Assembly (NCBI GenBank): GCA_041489255.1
Contig: JBGPQV010000023.1
Span: forward strand, 1-39,830
From: Thermoplasmata archaeon
Lineage (GTDB): Archaea; Thermoplasmatota; Thermoplasmata; RBG-16-68-12; JAFNFQ01
Reading direction: 5' to 3'
Length of the DNA: 39,830 bases
Shown: positions 7,831 through 16,168 of the stretch, one piece after another
Position numbering within the stretch: the first letter of the stretch is position 1
Layout of the letters: every line of letters starts with the position of its first letter
Notes under the pieces: model-generated
What the model was told of the DNA's origin: nothing
What the model saw: the letters and a program-made list of their open reading frames with translations, nothing else
Database searches by the model: none
Program-made: the position numbers and the translations under genes

Positions 7831-9231
7831 TCATCGCGGCGGCAGGTTCCTCGTCTTCTTCCTCGAGGCCACGACGACGACCACCGCCACGACCACGATT
7901 ATGATCATGATCAGCAGCAACAGCCCCGCGATCGCGGCGAAGTTGGGCGTCGATGCCGTCGTCGGCGGCGCCATGTACGCCGTGTAGACAGGGTCGTGCT
8001 CCACCCTATAGCCGTCCCAGCGCGGGAAAGAGACCGCATACCAGAGAGTGGACGTCAGGAACTCGTGCCCTCCGGTGAGGAACAGGTCGAGAGGCCCGTC
8101 GTACCTCGCCTGCAGGTCGGGGCTCAGTGCGTACGCCATCGTCGCCATGACCCCCAGGCTGAACGCCCCCTGCCATGCCACGAGGAGGCGGTCCACGAAC
8201 GTCGCCCTGACTATCAGGTTGCGGGCGTCGTCCCCCGCGCGGACAGTCACGTCGGACGTCTCATTGATCAGGTCGAACTTGCCGCGGAATCCGACGTCGA
8301 AGACCCTTCTCGGAGGACTGCCCACCTTGAGGTTCAGGTCCTCCCCGACCTGGTGCTGGATGTCCGTGTCGATCGTGTGCCCGGTCTGGTTGCCCATGAT
8401 CTGGTATGTCGAGCCGAACATCGCCACGTAGTGCACCGCGGCTATGCCCCAATTGTCCGGGATGAGTTGCGGGTTGACCTCGATGCCCCAGAGCCAGAGC
8501 TTCGTGACTTGGCCCAGGGTGTAGAACGTCTGCGCGGTCAGGGTGTTGTTAGCGCCGAACCTGATGTCGTAGGTGACCGACAGCTCGCTGAACCTCGCGA
8601 TGTACAGGGGATAGACGGTGCTCAGGAGCAGCGCCCACGGGTTGCTCGCGTCGATTATCTTGGCGTAGAGGTTCGTGTACCGCATACCGAACTGGTAGTG
8701 CCCGTCGCCAAGTTTCTGCGCGGGGATCGGGGTGACTTCGGGCACGTAGTTGCCGCCGGTCAGGGTCCCCCCGACGCCGAAGGGCACGACGTAGTACACG
8801 TCCTCGTAACCGGGGTCGGGCATCCCGTTCTCCCCGGGACCGGTGCCGTTGTAGGTGTCGTTGAATGCCATCAGGAACGCGAAGACGGCGCCGATGAAGA
8901 TGTCCCTGTTCTCGGGACTCTTGTAGTGCATCCCGAACAGCTGATAGGGGAGCGTTGAGACGTTGCCGTCCTTCTCGTACGTCTTGAACGCGAGGAGGAA
9001 CGCTTGGGCGTCGTCGTGGTTCACGTAGGACATCGTCATGCTCGTCGTCGCACCGTTCGAGGTGTTCGACATGTCCGCCGTCCAGTACTCCTCCGTGAGG
9101 TGGTGCCCGGTGATCGCATACTCGTCGCCCGTGTGCCATGTCTCCGGTATCGGCGCCTGCGCCCTCGGCGCGAGCAGCGCGACACCGATCAGGGACAGCA
9201 CGGCTGCAATAGCCGCAACCTTGACTTTCAT
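7831..9231 (-). CDS. Secreted, C-terminally membrane-anchored protein of unknown function
   Basis: Signal peptide MKVKVAAIAAVLSLIGVALLA; beta-rich, aromatic-rich body ending FPRWDGYRVEHDPVY; Thr/Pro linker, long hydrophobic helix and RKK tail; host-like codon usage. Confidence 0.8.
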   Translation of the reverse strand: MKVKVAAIAAVLSLIGVALLAPRAQAPIPETWHTGDEYAITGHHLTEEYWTADMSNTSNGATTSMTMSYVNHDDAQAFLLAFKTYEKDGNVSTLPYQLFGMHYKSPENRDIFIGAVFAFLMAFNDTYNGTGPGENGMPDPGYEDVYYVVPFGVGGTLTGGNYVPEVTPIPAQKLGDGHYQFGMRYTNLYAKIIDASNPWALLLSTVYPLYIARFSELSVTYDIRFGANNTLTAQTFYTLGQVTKLWLWGIEVNPQLIPDNWGIAAVHYVAMFGSTYQIMGNQTGHTIDTDIQHQVGEDLNLKVGSPPRRVFDVGFRGKFDLINETSDVTVRAGDDARNLIVRATFVDRLLVAWQGAFSLGVMATMAYALSPDLQARYDGPLDLFLTGGHEFLTSTLWYAVSFPRWDGYRVEHDPVYTAYMAPPTTASTPNFAAIAGLLLLIMIIIVVVAVVVVVASRKKTRNLPPR

Positions 9232-9391
9232 CTCGTCACCATCCGGCGATGCCGGAACCGGCCGTGATTTCGACTCGCGGGCATAAGTGTTTCTATCCCC
9301 ATATCATCGATGCGATTCATTGCGATGAGCCGCAGTCAGGACACCGCCGCCGGAGACAGCAGAGACGCCAGCCGAGGCGGGAGAGTATCTC

Positions 9392-9547
9392 GTGGAGGAG
9401 ATGAGGCAGGTGACGGAGAGGATAATCGGGATCCCCGCCACGAGGTTCCAGGGGCTCTCGGCCAAGCATCTGCATCTCGTCCGCGGCATGGTCCAGGATA
9501 TAGAGGCGCAACTGGCGGAATGGAGGGGCATCATCGGGACGGCCTGA
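9392..9547 (+). CDS. Small hypothetical protein, possibly frameshifted at its 5' end
   Basis: Frame reads ...EYLVEEMRQVTERIIGIPATRFQGLSAKHLHLVRGMVQDIEAQLAEWRGIIGTA-stop with host-like codons. It is open back to 9329, one base out of frame with ATG 9325. Confidence 0.4.
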   Translation: MEEMRQVTERIIGIPATRFQGLSAKHLHLVRGMVQDIEAQLAEWRGIIGTA

Positions 9548-9624
9548 CCCGATACGACGAAGAAGGCACTTGGCGGGCGCGTCGGAGCGCAACTATCTTA
9601 GACTTGTTTCCGTTCCGGCTGAAC

Positions 9625-10110
9625 ATGATTCCCTCCAACGAGATTGAGAAGCAGGACCCGGGCAGCGGCCTCTGGAAGCGACTTTACGGGATGATCTGGC
9701 TGAACGTCCTGACATTCATCCTAGTGCCCTCGCTCCTCATACCCGGTGTGGTGCTGTCCAGTACAGAAGGGACCATCCTGACTGGGCTCCACATCCTGGT
9801 CGGCGCTGCCGTGCTAGGTCTGGCCATTTACAACATGACGAGCCTCGAGATGACCGAGTGCCCTGACAGGGTCAAGAGGATCTCCAAGGTGATTGTCGAG
9901 ATGTCGGTGCTGGCATCGATCCTTGGCGTCATCATAGCGGTCGGCCTCTGGAATCTACAAACGTTCTGTCAGTTTGACCTGATCAGACTGATGCACCTGG
10001 TGGTCAGCCTCGCGATCATCACGCAGGCGACGTCCGTCGCGACGGGCTACGACATGTGGGAGGAGAAGGAGTTCGAGCCGAAGAAGGCGGTGACAATCGC
10101 GGCGCAATGA
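9625..10110 (+). CDS. Four-TM membrane protein
   Basis: Likely start ATG 9625 (MIPSNEIEK). Four hydrophobic segments, His residues in two of them (LHILVG, MHLVVS), ending GYDMWEEKEF. The longer track ORF from 9310 has a non-protein-like N-terminus. Confidence 0.75.
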   Translation: MIPSNEIEKQDPGSGLWKRLYGMIWLNVLTFILVPSLLIPGVVLSSTEGTILTGLHILVGAAVLGLAIYNMTSLEMTECPDRVKRISKVIVEMSVLASILGVIIAVGLWNLQTFCQFDLIRLMHLVVSLAIITQATSVATGYDMWEEKEFEPKKAVTIAAQ

Positions 10111-10214
10111 GCTCCATTCCTGGGATTCCGCGAACCATAGCGGGAATGCATCCGACCAACCACGACGATAGAGCTTTAGGCTGATCCCCGGTTTCCTGGA
10201 GTCGGTGGCGGACG

Positions 10215-12635
10215 TTGAGACCAGGTGATGAATCATCGTTGCGGAGAGAGACCATAGTGCCAGTGGGATTCGAGCGCTTGCCAGCCGACCAAAGAATCCC
10301 TGCAATCCATGAGTTGATCCGCAAGGTGGATGGCGGCGATGCCTTGACTCGCCTGGCTGCCATGCGCGCGATTGCGAATCTCCGAAACTACATCCCGGAG
10401 GAGACGTTCTCTCCCATTGCATCGAGTTTTCTTCGTCAAGCGCGAAGTGAGGATGGAGACACTCGATGTGCGGCTGCTCGTGGAATTATTCGGTTAGGAC
10501 GCATCTTCTTGGGAATCCCACAGGACGACGCGTGGGCTGGCATTGAACCGCTCTTCTTCGATTCTGAACTTGAGACCAGATGGATTGCCACGCATTCTGT
10601 CGGATTGACCCTCAATAGCATCCCAGGGGGGAAGGCAGCCCAATTGATTGAGAAGCTCATGACGATGTGTGGTAGTCCCGGCAGAGAGGGCGAGATCGCA
10701 GCGTTTCTATTGGGCAGATTGTCGCGGGTCTTGCCGTCCGAGAGTACCGACTCCGTCGCGGCGAGATTAATCCAAGCATTCGACGATGGGGGTCTTGATA
10801 TCAAGCGCAACGCTCTTCATTGTTTCAACGAAATGGCCTGTCGATTATCCGAGAATCGGTGCTGCGAGGTTGTCGAGCGCATCGTCGACTCGCTCGCGGA
10901 TGACGAGTTGTGCGGAGAGAAGGATTTCGACCGGAGTCCTCTCTCGCCGTATCGCCACATGATTCCGGTGGCGATGAGTGAGACTGTTATGGACCGTCTC
11001 AATGAATTGACGCATCACGCGAGCACGACCGTCAGAAGGAGATCTGTGTCTGCAATCAAGACAATCAGGCATTGCATACCGACAGGCAGAATCGCTGAGA
11101 CCGCCCGCGTTCTGCTGGATATGTTTGCTGACCGTGATCATCAAGTCGGACAGGGAGCCGCTGGAGCTTTCTTGAAGATGATTGCCGCATTGAACCTGTT
11201 GCCCGAGAACGAGCGAGTCGCCATAATCGACCGATACATGACAAGCTTCGAGACAACCGACTCGGTTCCGCTGTACCTTATTGACACTGATTTCCACTTC
11301 GGATGGCGGGAGACGATTCCTGCGTCATATCGTCCCGTGGTCGTGAACCGTCTCCTGAGTATGACACACCACCCTGAATCCGGAAAAGCGCGCTCGGCGA
11401 TGCACGCTGTTGCAGCCCTCCATCGCGCAATCCCTCTGTCGATGCTTGAAGCGGTGTTCACTCGAATCATCGAAATGAGCCACGGGGAATCTCGGCGCAC
11501 CGCGTGCAATGCCTTGGCGGATATCCTGGACACAGTCGACGAGGCAGGACGCTTAATCGTTCTGGACCGTCTCTTCGAGCTTGCCGCTGATTCAGATGAG
11601 CGCGTGAAGGGAGAAGCCTTGCACATGCTCGGAATCAATGAAGACTCGATTCCAGAGAATAGAGCGCCCACAGTGGCGAAACTCCTGCTTCAGGACTTGA
11701 AGCCCAGTATGGAGCGTGGCGAGCTTTCGGCATATGACATGAATCAGCTCGGTAGCGCACTACGCAAGACGCCCCGAGAACTACGTGAAGTATTCCTACC
11801 TAAGGTTGAAATCGATTCGCTGGTGGAGGAGTTGATAAACCTTGTAGGCCAGGGCTACGAAGAAGACTGCATGGATGCCGCAGCCGCAATTGCGAGCCTC
11901 GGTTGGATCATGCCGGAGGTGCAGGTCGCTGCGACAATTGGGCGACTGGAAGAGATGCCGATGGATATTCATGGCCAAGCACCTATGGCTGCTGGATATG
12001 CGATTGGTGGATTGTTGAGTTGTCTGCCTGTTCGAGAGCGAATCGAGACGCTCAACCGCTTTCTGGATCCTGAGGGAGAACGAGGAGAATATCAGCTCCC
12101 ATGTGTATTGTCTGATTTAGGCACGGACATTCCGCCAGAATGTTTGAACAGGTCAATGGAGGCGATGCTTAGATTCACCGAGGATGACTACCCAGAAGAT
12201 GTGAGACGCACGGCGGTTGAAGCCCTAGAGCGCTTGGGCTCGATCGAAGTCGCATGGCGGGAGCAGACTGCAGACAGACTCATCCTTCTTCTCGATGATG
12301 ATGACATCTATCATTGGGCGATGAGGACCATAGGGAGCCTGAAGGAGAGTATTCCAGAAGCGAAGTGGCCCATCATTGTAGATCGGTTCATCGAACTCAT
12401 AGATCATCGCCTTTACGGACATGTCGGGGGTCAATTAGCCAAGTCTTTATGCGAATTCGGAAGCCTGATTCCCCCGGAGAAGCGGGAGAAGATAGTCATG
12501 CAGATGTTGGACATCTTTCGTCACGAGCCGGACGACGCGGAAGTTTGGCCAGTCGCGCATGGTCTGAAAGAGTTGACGAGCCATGTCCCGAAACCGCTTC
12601 AAGTCGAGATTGCCAAGGCGCTTGAGCGCGAGTAG
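10215..12635 (+). CDS. HEAT/ARM-repeat alpha-solenoid protein
   Basis: Repeated units such as DGDTRCAAARGI, DIKRNALHCF, STTVRRRSVSAI, DERVKGEALHML, EDVRRTAVEAL at ~38-40 aa spacing; start codon uncertain; visibly lower GC than flanking genes. Confidence 0.8.
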   Translation: MRPGDESSLRRETIVPVGFERLPADQRIPAIHELIRKVDGGDALTRLAAMRAIANLRNYIPEETFSPIASSFLRQARSEDGDTRCAAARGIIRLGRIFLGIPQDDAWAGIEPLFFDSELETRWIATHSVGLTLNSIPGGKAAQLIEKLMTMCGSPGREGEIAAFLLGRLSRVLPSESTDSVAARLIQAFDDGGLDIKRNALHCFNEMACRLSENRCCEVVERIVDSLADDELCGEKDFDRSPLSPYRHMIPVAMSETVMDRLNELTHHASTTVRRRSVSAIKTIRHCIPTGRIAETARVLLDMFADRDHQVGQGAAGAFLKMIAALNLLPENERVAIIDRYMTSFETTDSVPLYLIDTDFHFGWRETIPASYRPVVVNRLLSMTHHPESGKARSAMHAVAALHRAIPLSMLEAVFTRIIEMSHGESRRTACNALADILDTVDEAGRLIVLDRLFELAADSDERVKGEALHMLGINEDSIPENRAPTVAKLLLQDLKPSMERGELSAYDMNQLGSALRKTPRELREVFLPKVEIDSLVEELINLVGQGYEEDCMDAAAAIASLGWIMPEVQVAATIGRLEEMPMDIHGQAPMAAGYAIGGLLSCLPVRERIETLNRFLDPEGERGEYQLPCVLSDLGTDIPPECLNRSMEAMLRFTEDDYPEDVRRTAVEALERLGSIEVAWREQTADRLILLLDDDDIYHWAMRTIGSLKESIPEAKWPIIVDRFIELIDHRLYGHVGGQLAKSLCEFGSLIPPEKREKIVMQMLDIFRHEPDDAEVWPVAHGLKELTSHVPKPLQVEIAKALERE

Positions 12636-12691
12636 AGAAAATGACCGCCAACCCGAAGCCTTCATAAACCCCCGCCGCTTGGCCACTTCCG

Positions 12692-12841
12692 ATGGCCCGC
12701 TTCCCTGAGGCCGAGAAACGCCTCCTGGTCAAGAAGATCTGCATGAACTGCTACGCCAGGAACTCCATCAGGGCGACCCAGTGCCGGAAGTGCCGCAGCA
12801 AGGAGCTCCGCTTGAAGGCAAAGGAGCCGAGGCGGGAGTAG
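12692..12841 (+). CDS. rpl40e: 50S ribosomal protein L40e (eL40), absent from the ORF track
   Basis: Manual translation [49 protein letters not shown] (49 aa) with the two CxxC pairs of L40e. Confidence 0.96.
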   Translation: MARFPEAEKRLLVKKICMNCYARNSIRATQCRKCRSKELRLKAKEPRRE

Positions 12842-12919
12842 ACCATCTTATTCTCCCAGCGATGGCGGAAGCGAACCGCATGCGAGCATTTAAGTATTTG
12901 TCGCGTAATAATTACGCGA

Positions 12920-13279
12920 ATGACGCGCATGGAGAGCCATCTGGCCAGGTACCGTGAGTTCAAGAAGTCCGCCGAGCTGTCAGATTCGGACGCCGTGAAG
13001 GTTGAATCCTGGTTCCTCGCAGCCTACCACGCCATAGAAGCGTGCGCGGCGAAGCATCGAATTCACATCCAGAAGCACCATCTCGTTCCCCGTGAACTCG
13101 AACGCAACCCCGCCATCTTCGGCGAGAGGACGAAGCAAGTAGCCGATGCGTTCCGTTATCTGGACTTCGAGGCGCGGGCCAAGTTCGTCTATGGTGGCTC
13201 AGGCAAGGCGTCCGACCGGGTCCTGGCCAAGCGCAGCTTCGAGACCATCGAGTCAGCGTGCGAGGACGTGCTCCGATGA
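12920..13279 (+). CDS. HEPN domain protein
   Basis: 119-aa helical protein with FLAAYHAIEAC, KHHLV and R-x4-Y (RAKFVYG). Its stop overlaps the next start (ATGA 13276-13279). Confidence 0.75.
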   Translation: MTRMESHLARYREFKKSAELSDSDAVKVESWFLAAYHAIEACAAKHRIHIQKHHLVPRELERNPAIFGERTKQVADAFRYLDFEARAKFVYGGSGKASDRVLAKRSFETIESACEDVLR

Positions 13280-13893
13280 ATCCACGCAAACACGACGAGG
13301 CGGTGGAGGAGATCCGGCAGGGCCTGTCCCGGCTGCGTGGAGTGCAATCGGTCGTCCTGTTTGGATCGGCCGCCAGTGGCTCGGCGACTGAGGAAAGCGA
13401 CATCGACATCCTCGTTGACTGCGACGCAGCCGTCACGGATGCCGTCCGCGAGATTCTCTACGGCATAGGCGCACGACACGAGGTCAACGTCAGCCCAGCA
13501 TTCTATGGCGAGGAGGAGAGTGAGAAGTTCGACACCCAGTTCATGGAGTCAATACTCAGGCACGGAAAGCCTCTCGTGGGGGAACTGCCTCGGCTCAGCC
13601 CGCACGACCTCGACCTCCAGCCGCTGCGTCTCGTGAGCTACCAGATAGATAGGCTCAGCCCCCGGAAGAAAGCCCAGTTGCTACGCATCCTGGACGGCTA
13701 TCAGACCGAGAAGACGATCCGGCGCAAGAGATACGCCACACAGAAAGATGGTTTCGTGAGAAGGGTAGGCGGCTGGCGGGCGGGGAGAGGAGCAGTCGTC
13801 GTTCCAGAGGAGGCGATCCGGGAGCTGGACGCCATCCTCGAGCAGTTCGGCGCCACGCGCACCATGATTCCAATCTGGTGCCAGCGACCATGA
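13276..13893 (+). CDS. Minimal nucleotidyltransferase (MNT) with an extra C-terminal domain
   Basis: VVLFGSAASGSATEESDIDILV is the Pol-beta GS-x10-DxD motif, ending ILRHGKPL; followed by ~90 additional residues. Confidence 0.85.
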   Translation: MNPRKHDEAVEEIRQGLSRLRGVQSVVLFGSAASGSATEESDIDILVDCDAAVTDAVREILYGIGARHEVNVSPAFYGEEESEKFDTQFMESILRHGKPLVGELPRLSPHDLDLQPLRLVSYQIDRLSPRKKAQLLRILDGYQTEKTIRRKRYATQKDGFVRRVGGWRAGRGAVVVPEEAIRELDAILEQFGATRTMIPIWCQRP

Positions 13894-13978
13894 GCAACAA
13901 GGGATTGCGTTATCCAGTAATCCCCTTCGACCCGCAAACGTGAGAAGAATCAATATCGAATGCGGACGATGGGGGTTC

Positions 13979-14641
13979 GTGCGGCTCACGGTTGACCATG
14001 CGATTCGTTCGGAATATCAGGGTCTTGCCGCGATTCTCTTCGCGATAAAGGGCGTGCGCGTCGAGGAATCGCTAGACGACCTTGAACACTTCAAGTCCGA
14101 GGCGCTCCAGAGATTCAGGTCCACGCTGAGCCTCGAGACTCTCAAGGATGTCCCCGCCCTCAGGGCCTATCGCGACTTCTTCTGGCGGGTTGGGATCGAT
14201 CCGACGAAGACGAGGCCCGCCTCGGAGGCGCTGCTCAGGCGGGTGCTCCAAGGCAAGGACATACCGCGCATCAACACGCTCGTCGATGCGTACAACATCG
14301 CATCGATGGAGACGCACGTTCCCCTGGCGGTGTTCGATGCCGCCAAGCTGCAAGGGGACATGGTGATGCGGATGGCGGTGGCGGGAGAGAAGTTCCACGG
14401 AATCGGCATGACGGCGGAGGAGACGCTCACTGGGAAGGAGGTGGTCGTGCAGGACGACCAAATGCTCATAGCGATCTACCCGTACAGGGATGCAGACTTC
14501 TCTAAGGTAATGACGGAGACGACGGACGTGTCCATCATGGTGTGCGGCGTGCCCGGCATCGATCTGCCTCGACTTGACGAGGCGAGGAGGCTGTCGGCGG
14601 ACTACATCATGAGGTTCTGCGGCGGGAAAATCCATGCATGA
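13979..14641 (+). CDS. Stand-alone B3/B4 domain protein (PheRS-beta editing-like)
   Basis: AYRDFFWRVGIDPTKTRPASEALLRR, PRINTLVDAYNIAS, YPYRDA. Likely start GTG 13979 (track gives 13940). Confidence 0.9.
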   Translation: MRLTVDHAIRSEYQGLAAILFAIKGVRVEESLDDLEHFKSEALQRFRSTLSLETLKDVPALRAYRDFFWRVGIDPTKTRPASEALLRRVLQGKDIPRINTLVDAYNIASMETHVPLAVFDAAKLQGDMVMRMAVAGEKFHGIGMTAEETLTGKEVVVQDDQMLIAIYPYRDADFSKVMTETTDVSIMVCGVPGIDLPRLDEARRLSADYIMRFCGGKIHA

Positions 14642-14698
14642 ACCCCGCCAACCCCAAGGGTTTATTCGCGACTGTCGGCTTATGCAAGAGGGGATACC

Positions 14699-15265
14699 TT
14701 GAAAGGAATAGACGACCTCAAGTGGAAGAAGGAGATCGAGCAGCTGAGGGCGGAGAAGGACGAGTGGATGCGCACGAGCCCGAACTCGCCGATACCCCAT
14801 GAGATCAGGCACCACATGAAGGGGCTGGAATACTTCCCGCCAAATCCGGCCTGCGTGTTCGCCGTCAAGTTGAAGATGTATCCGAATCCTGAGGAGCTGA
14901 CGATGACGACGAGCAAGGGCAAGCAGAGGGACTACCTCCGGTACGGATACTTCGAGTTCCAGATAGAGGGGAAGACGCAGAAGCTGCAAGCGTACATGTC
15001 CATCCCAGTCCGCGAGCACCAGCACGAGGAGCAGCTATTCGTCCCGTTCCGCGACTCCACCTCTGGAAAAGAGAGCTACGGGGCTGCACGGTACATCGAC
15101 ATGGATCTCATTCCCTCCGCCGAGTACGTTCTCGACTTCAACCTCGCATACAACCCATACTGCGCCTACAGCGACGACTACGTCTGTCCGTTCCCGCCGC
15201 AGGAGAACTGGCTGCAGGTGCCGATCATGGCGGGGGAGAAGAACTTCCCCAGGCCGGAACACTGA
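14699..15265 (+). CDS. DUF1684 family protein
   Basis: LFVPFRDSTSGKESYGAARYID and LDFNLAYNPYCAYSDDYVCPFPPQENWL. Confidence 0.92.
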   Translation: MKGIDDLKWKKEIEQLRAEKDEWMRTSPNSPIPHEIRHHMKGLEYFPPNPACVFAVKLKMYPNPEELTMTTSKGKQRDYLRYGYFEFQIEGKTQKLQAYMSIPVREHQHEEQLFVPFRDSTSGKESYGAARYIDMDLIPSAEYVLDFNLAYNPYCAYSDDYVCPFPPQENWLQVPIMAGEKNFPRPEH

Positions 15266-15273
15266 GGGATCCG

Positions 15274-15510
15274 ATGGCGGTTAAGACGAAGAGGGCCGAG
15301 TTCCACATCTCAGGCTTTGACTGCGCGACCTGCACCAAGATAGTCGGGAAGGCGCTGGAGGGGCTGCCTGGTCTGACAGAAATCAATGTCAACTATGTCG
15401 TGAACAGGGGATACGTCGACTTCGATCCTGACCAAGTCAGCGAGCAGGAAATAGAGGACAGGCTGAAGGCAAAGACGAAGCTGCGCGTGGTCCGCAGGAA
15501 GAGCGGCTGA
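15274..15510 (+). CDS. Heavy-metal-associated (HMA) domain protein, CopZ-like chaperone
   Basis: 78 aa with ISGFDCATC (GMxCxxC variant) and an HMA-like sequence pattern. Confidence 0.85.
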   Translation: MAVKTKRAEFHISGFDCATCTKIVGKALEGLPGLTEINVNYVVNRGYVDFDPDQVSEQEIEDRLKAKTKLRVVRRKSG

Positions 15511-15553
15511 TTCGCGAAAGGTTATTGCCGCACACGGTCTCCCCGCCACCGCC

Positions 15554-16168
15554 ATGTTCGTCCATCAGGAAAAGCTCGGACGGATGAACAACTTCGGATA
15601 CCTCGTCGCCGATGAGAAGACCAAGCTAGCCGCGGTCATCGACCCCTCGGTCGATTCGCGACCGTTGCAAGCCTTGGCGGCGGAGAAAGGTTTCAAGATC
15701 ATCTATATCCTGAACACCCATGACCATCAGGATCACACTGCGGACAACGAGAGACTGGCGCGAGAGACGGGAGCCAAGATTGCCGCGCACAGGCTCGCGA
15801 GGATAAGAAAGGACATCTCCCTCGAGGATGGCGATGTCCTGAAGATTGGCGAGCTGGAGCTGAAGGTGCTGCACACCCCGGGTCACTCGATCGAGTCCTG
15901 CTGCTTCATCGCTGGCGTGGCCCTGTTCACGGGCGACACGTTGTTCGTCGGGGAATGCGGGCGCACTGACCTGCCGAGGGGCGATGTGGAAGCGATGCAC
16001 GACAGCCTGCGCCACAAGATCCGCTCCCTGGACGATGACTTGACGGTGTACCCAGGTCACGATTACGGGAAGAGGCAGTCATCGCCTTTGGGCTACGAGA
16101 AACGGCACAACTACACTCTCAAACCGAGGACTCTCGCCGAGTTCATCAAGTTCATGAGCGAGCCTTGA
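15554..16168 (+). CDS. Metallo-beta-lactamase fold hydrolase (glyoxalase II/ETHE1-like)
   Basis: THDHQDH, HTPGHS, FTGDTLFVGECGRTDL, VYPGHDY. Confidence 0.93.
   Translation: MFVHQEKLGRMNNFGYLVADEKTKLAAVIDPSVDSRPLQALAAEKGFKIIYILNTHDHQDHTADNERLARETGAKIAAHRLARIRKDISLEDGDVLKIGELELKVLHTPGHSIESCCFIAGVALFTGDTLFVGECGRTDLPRGDVEAMHDSLRHKIRSLDDDLTVYPGHDYGKRQSSPLGYEKRHNYTLKPRTLAEFIKFMSEP

Noticed and set aside
9310-9624. N-terminal half of the 266-aa ORF
   Set aside because: G/R/D-rich off-frame translation; the membrane protein plausibly starts at 9625 and another frame looks more coding here.
14640-14649. GAACCCCGCC matching the tRNA-Met T-arm as a possible att site
   Set aside because: Only 10 bp in GC-rich DNA, no adjacent integrase, and the interval contains the core gene rpl40e.
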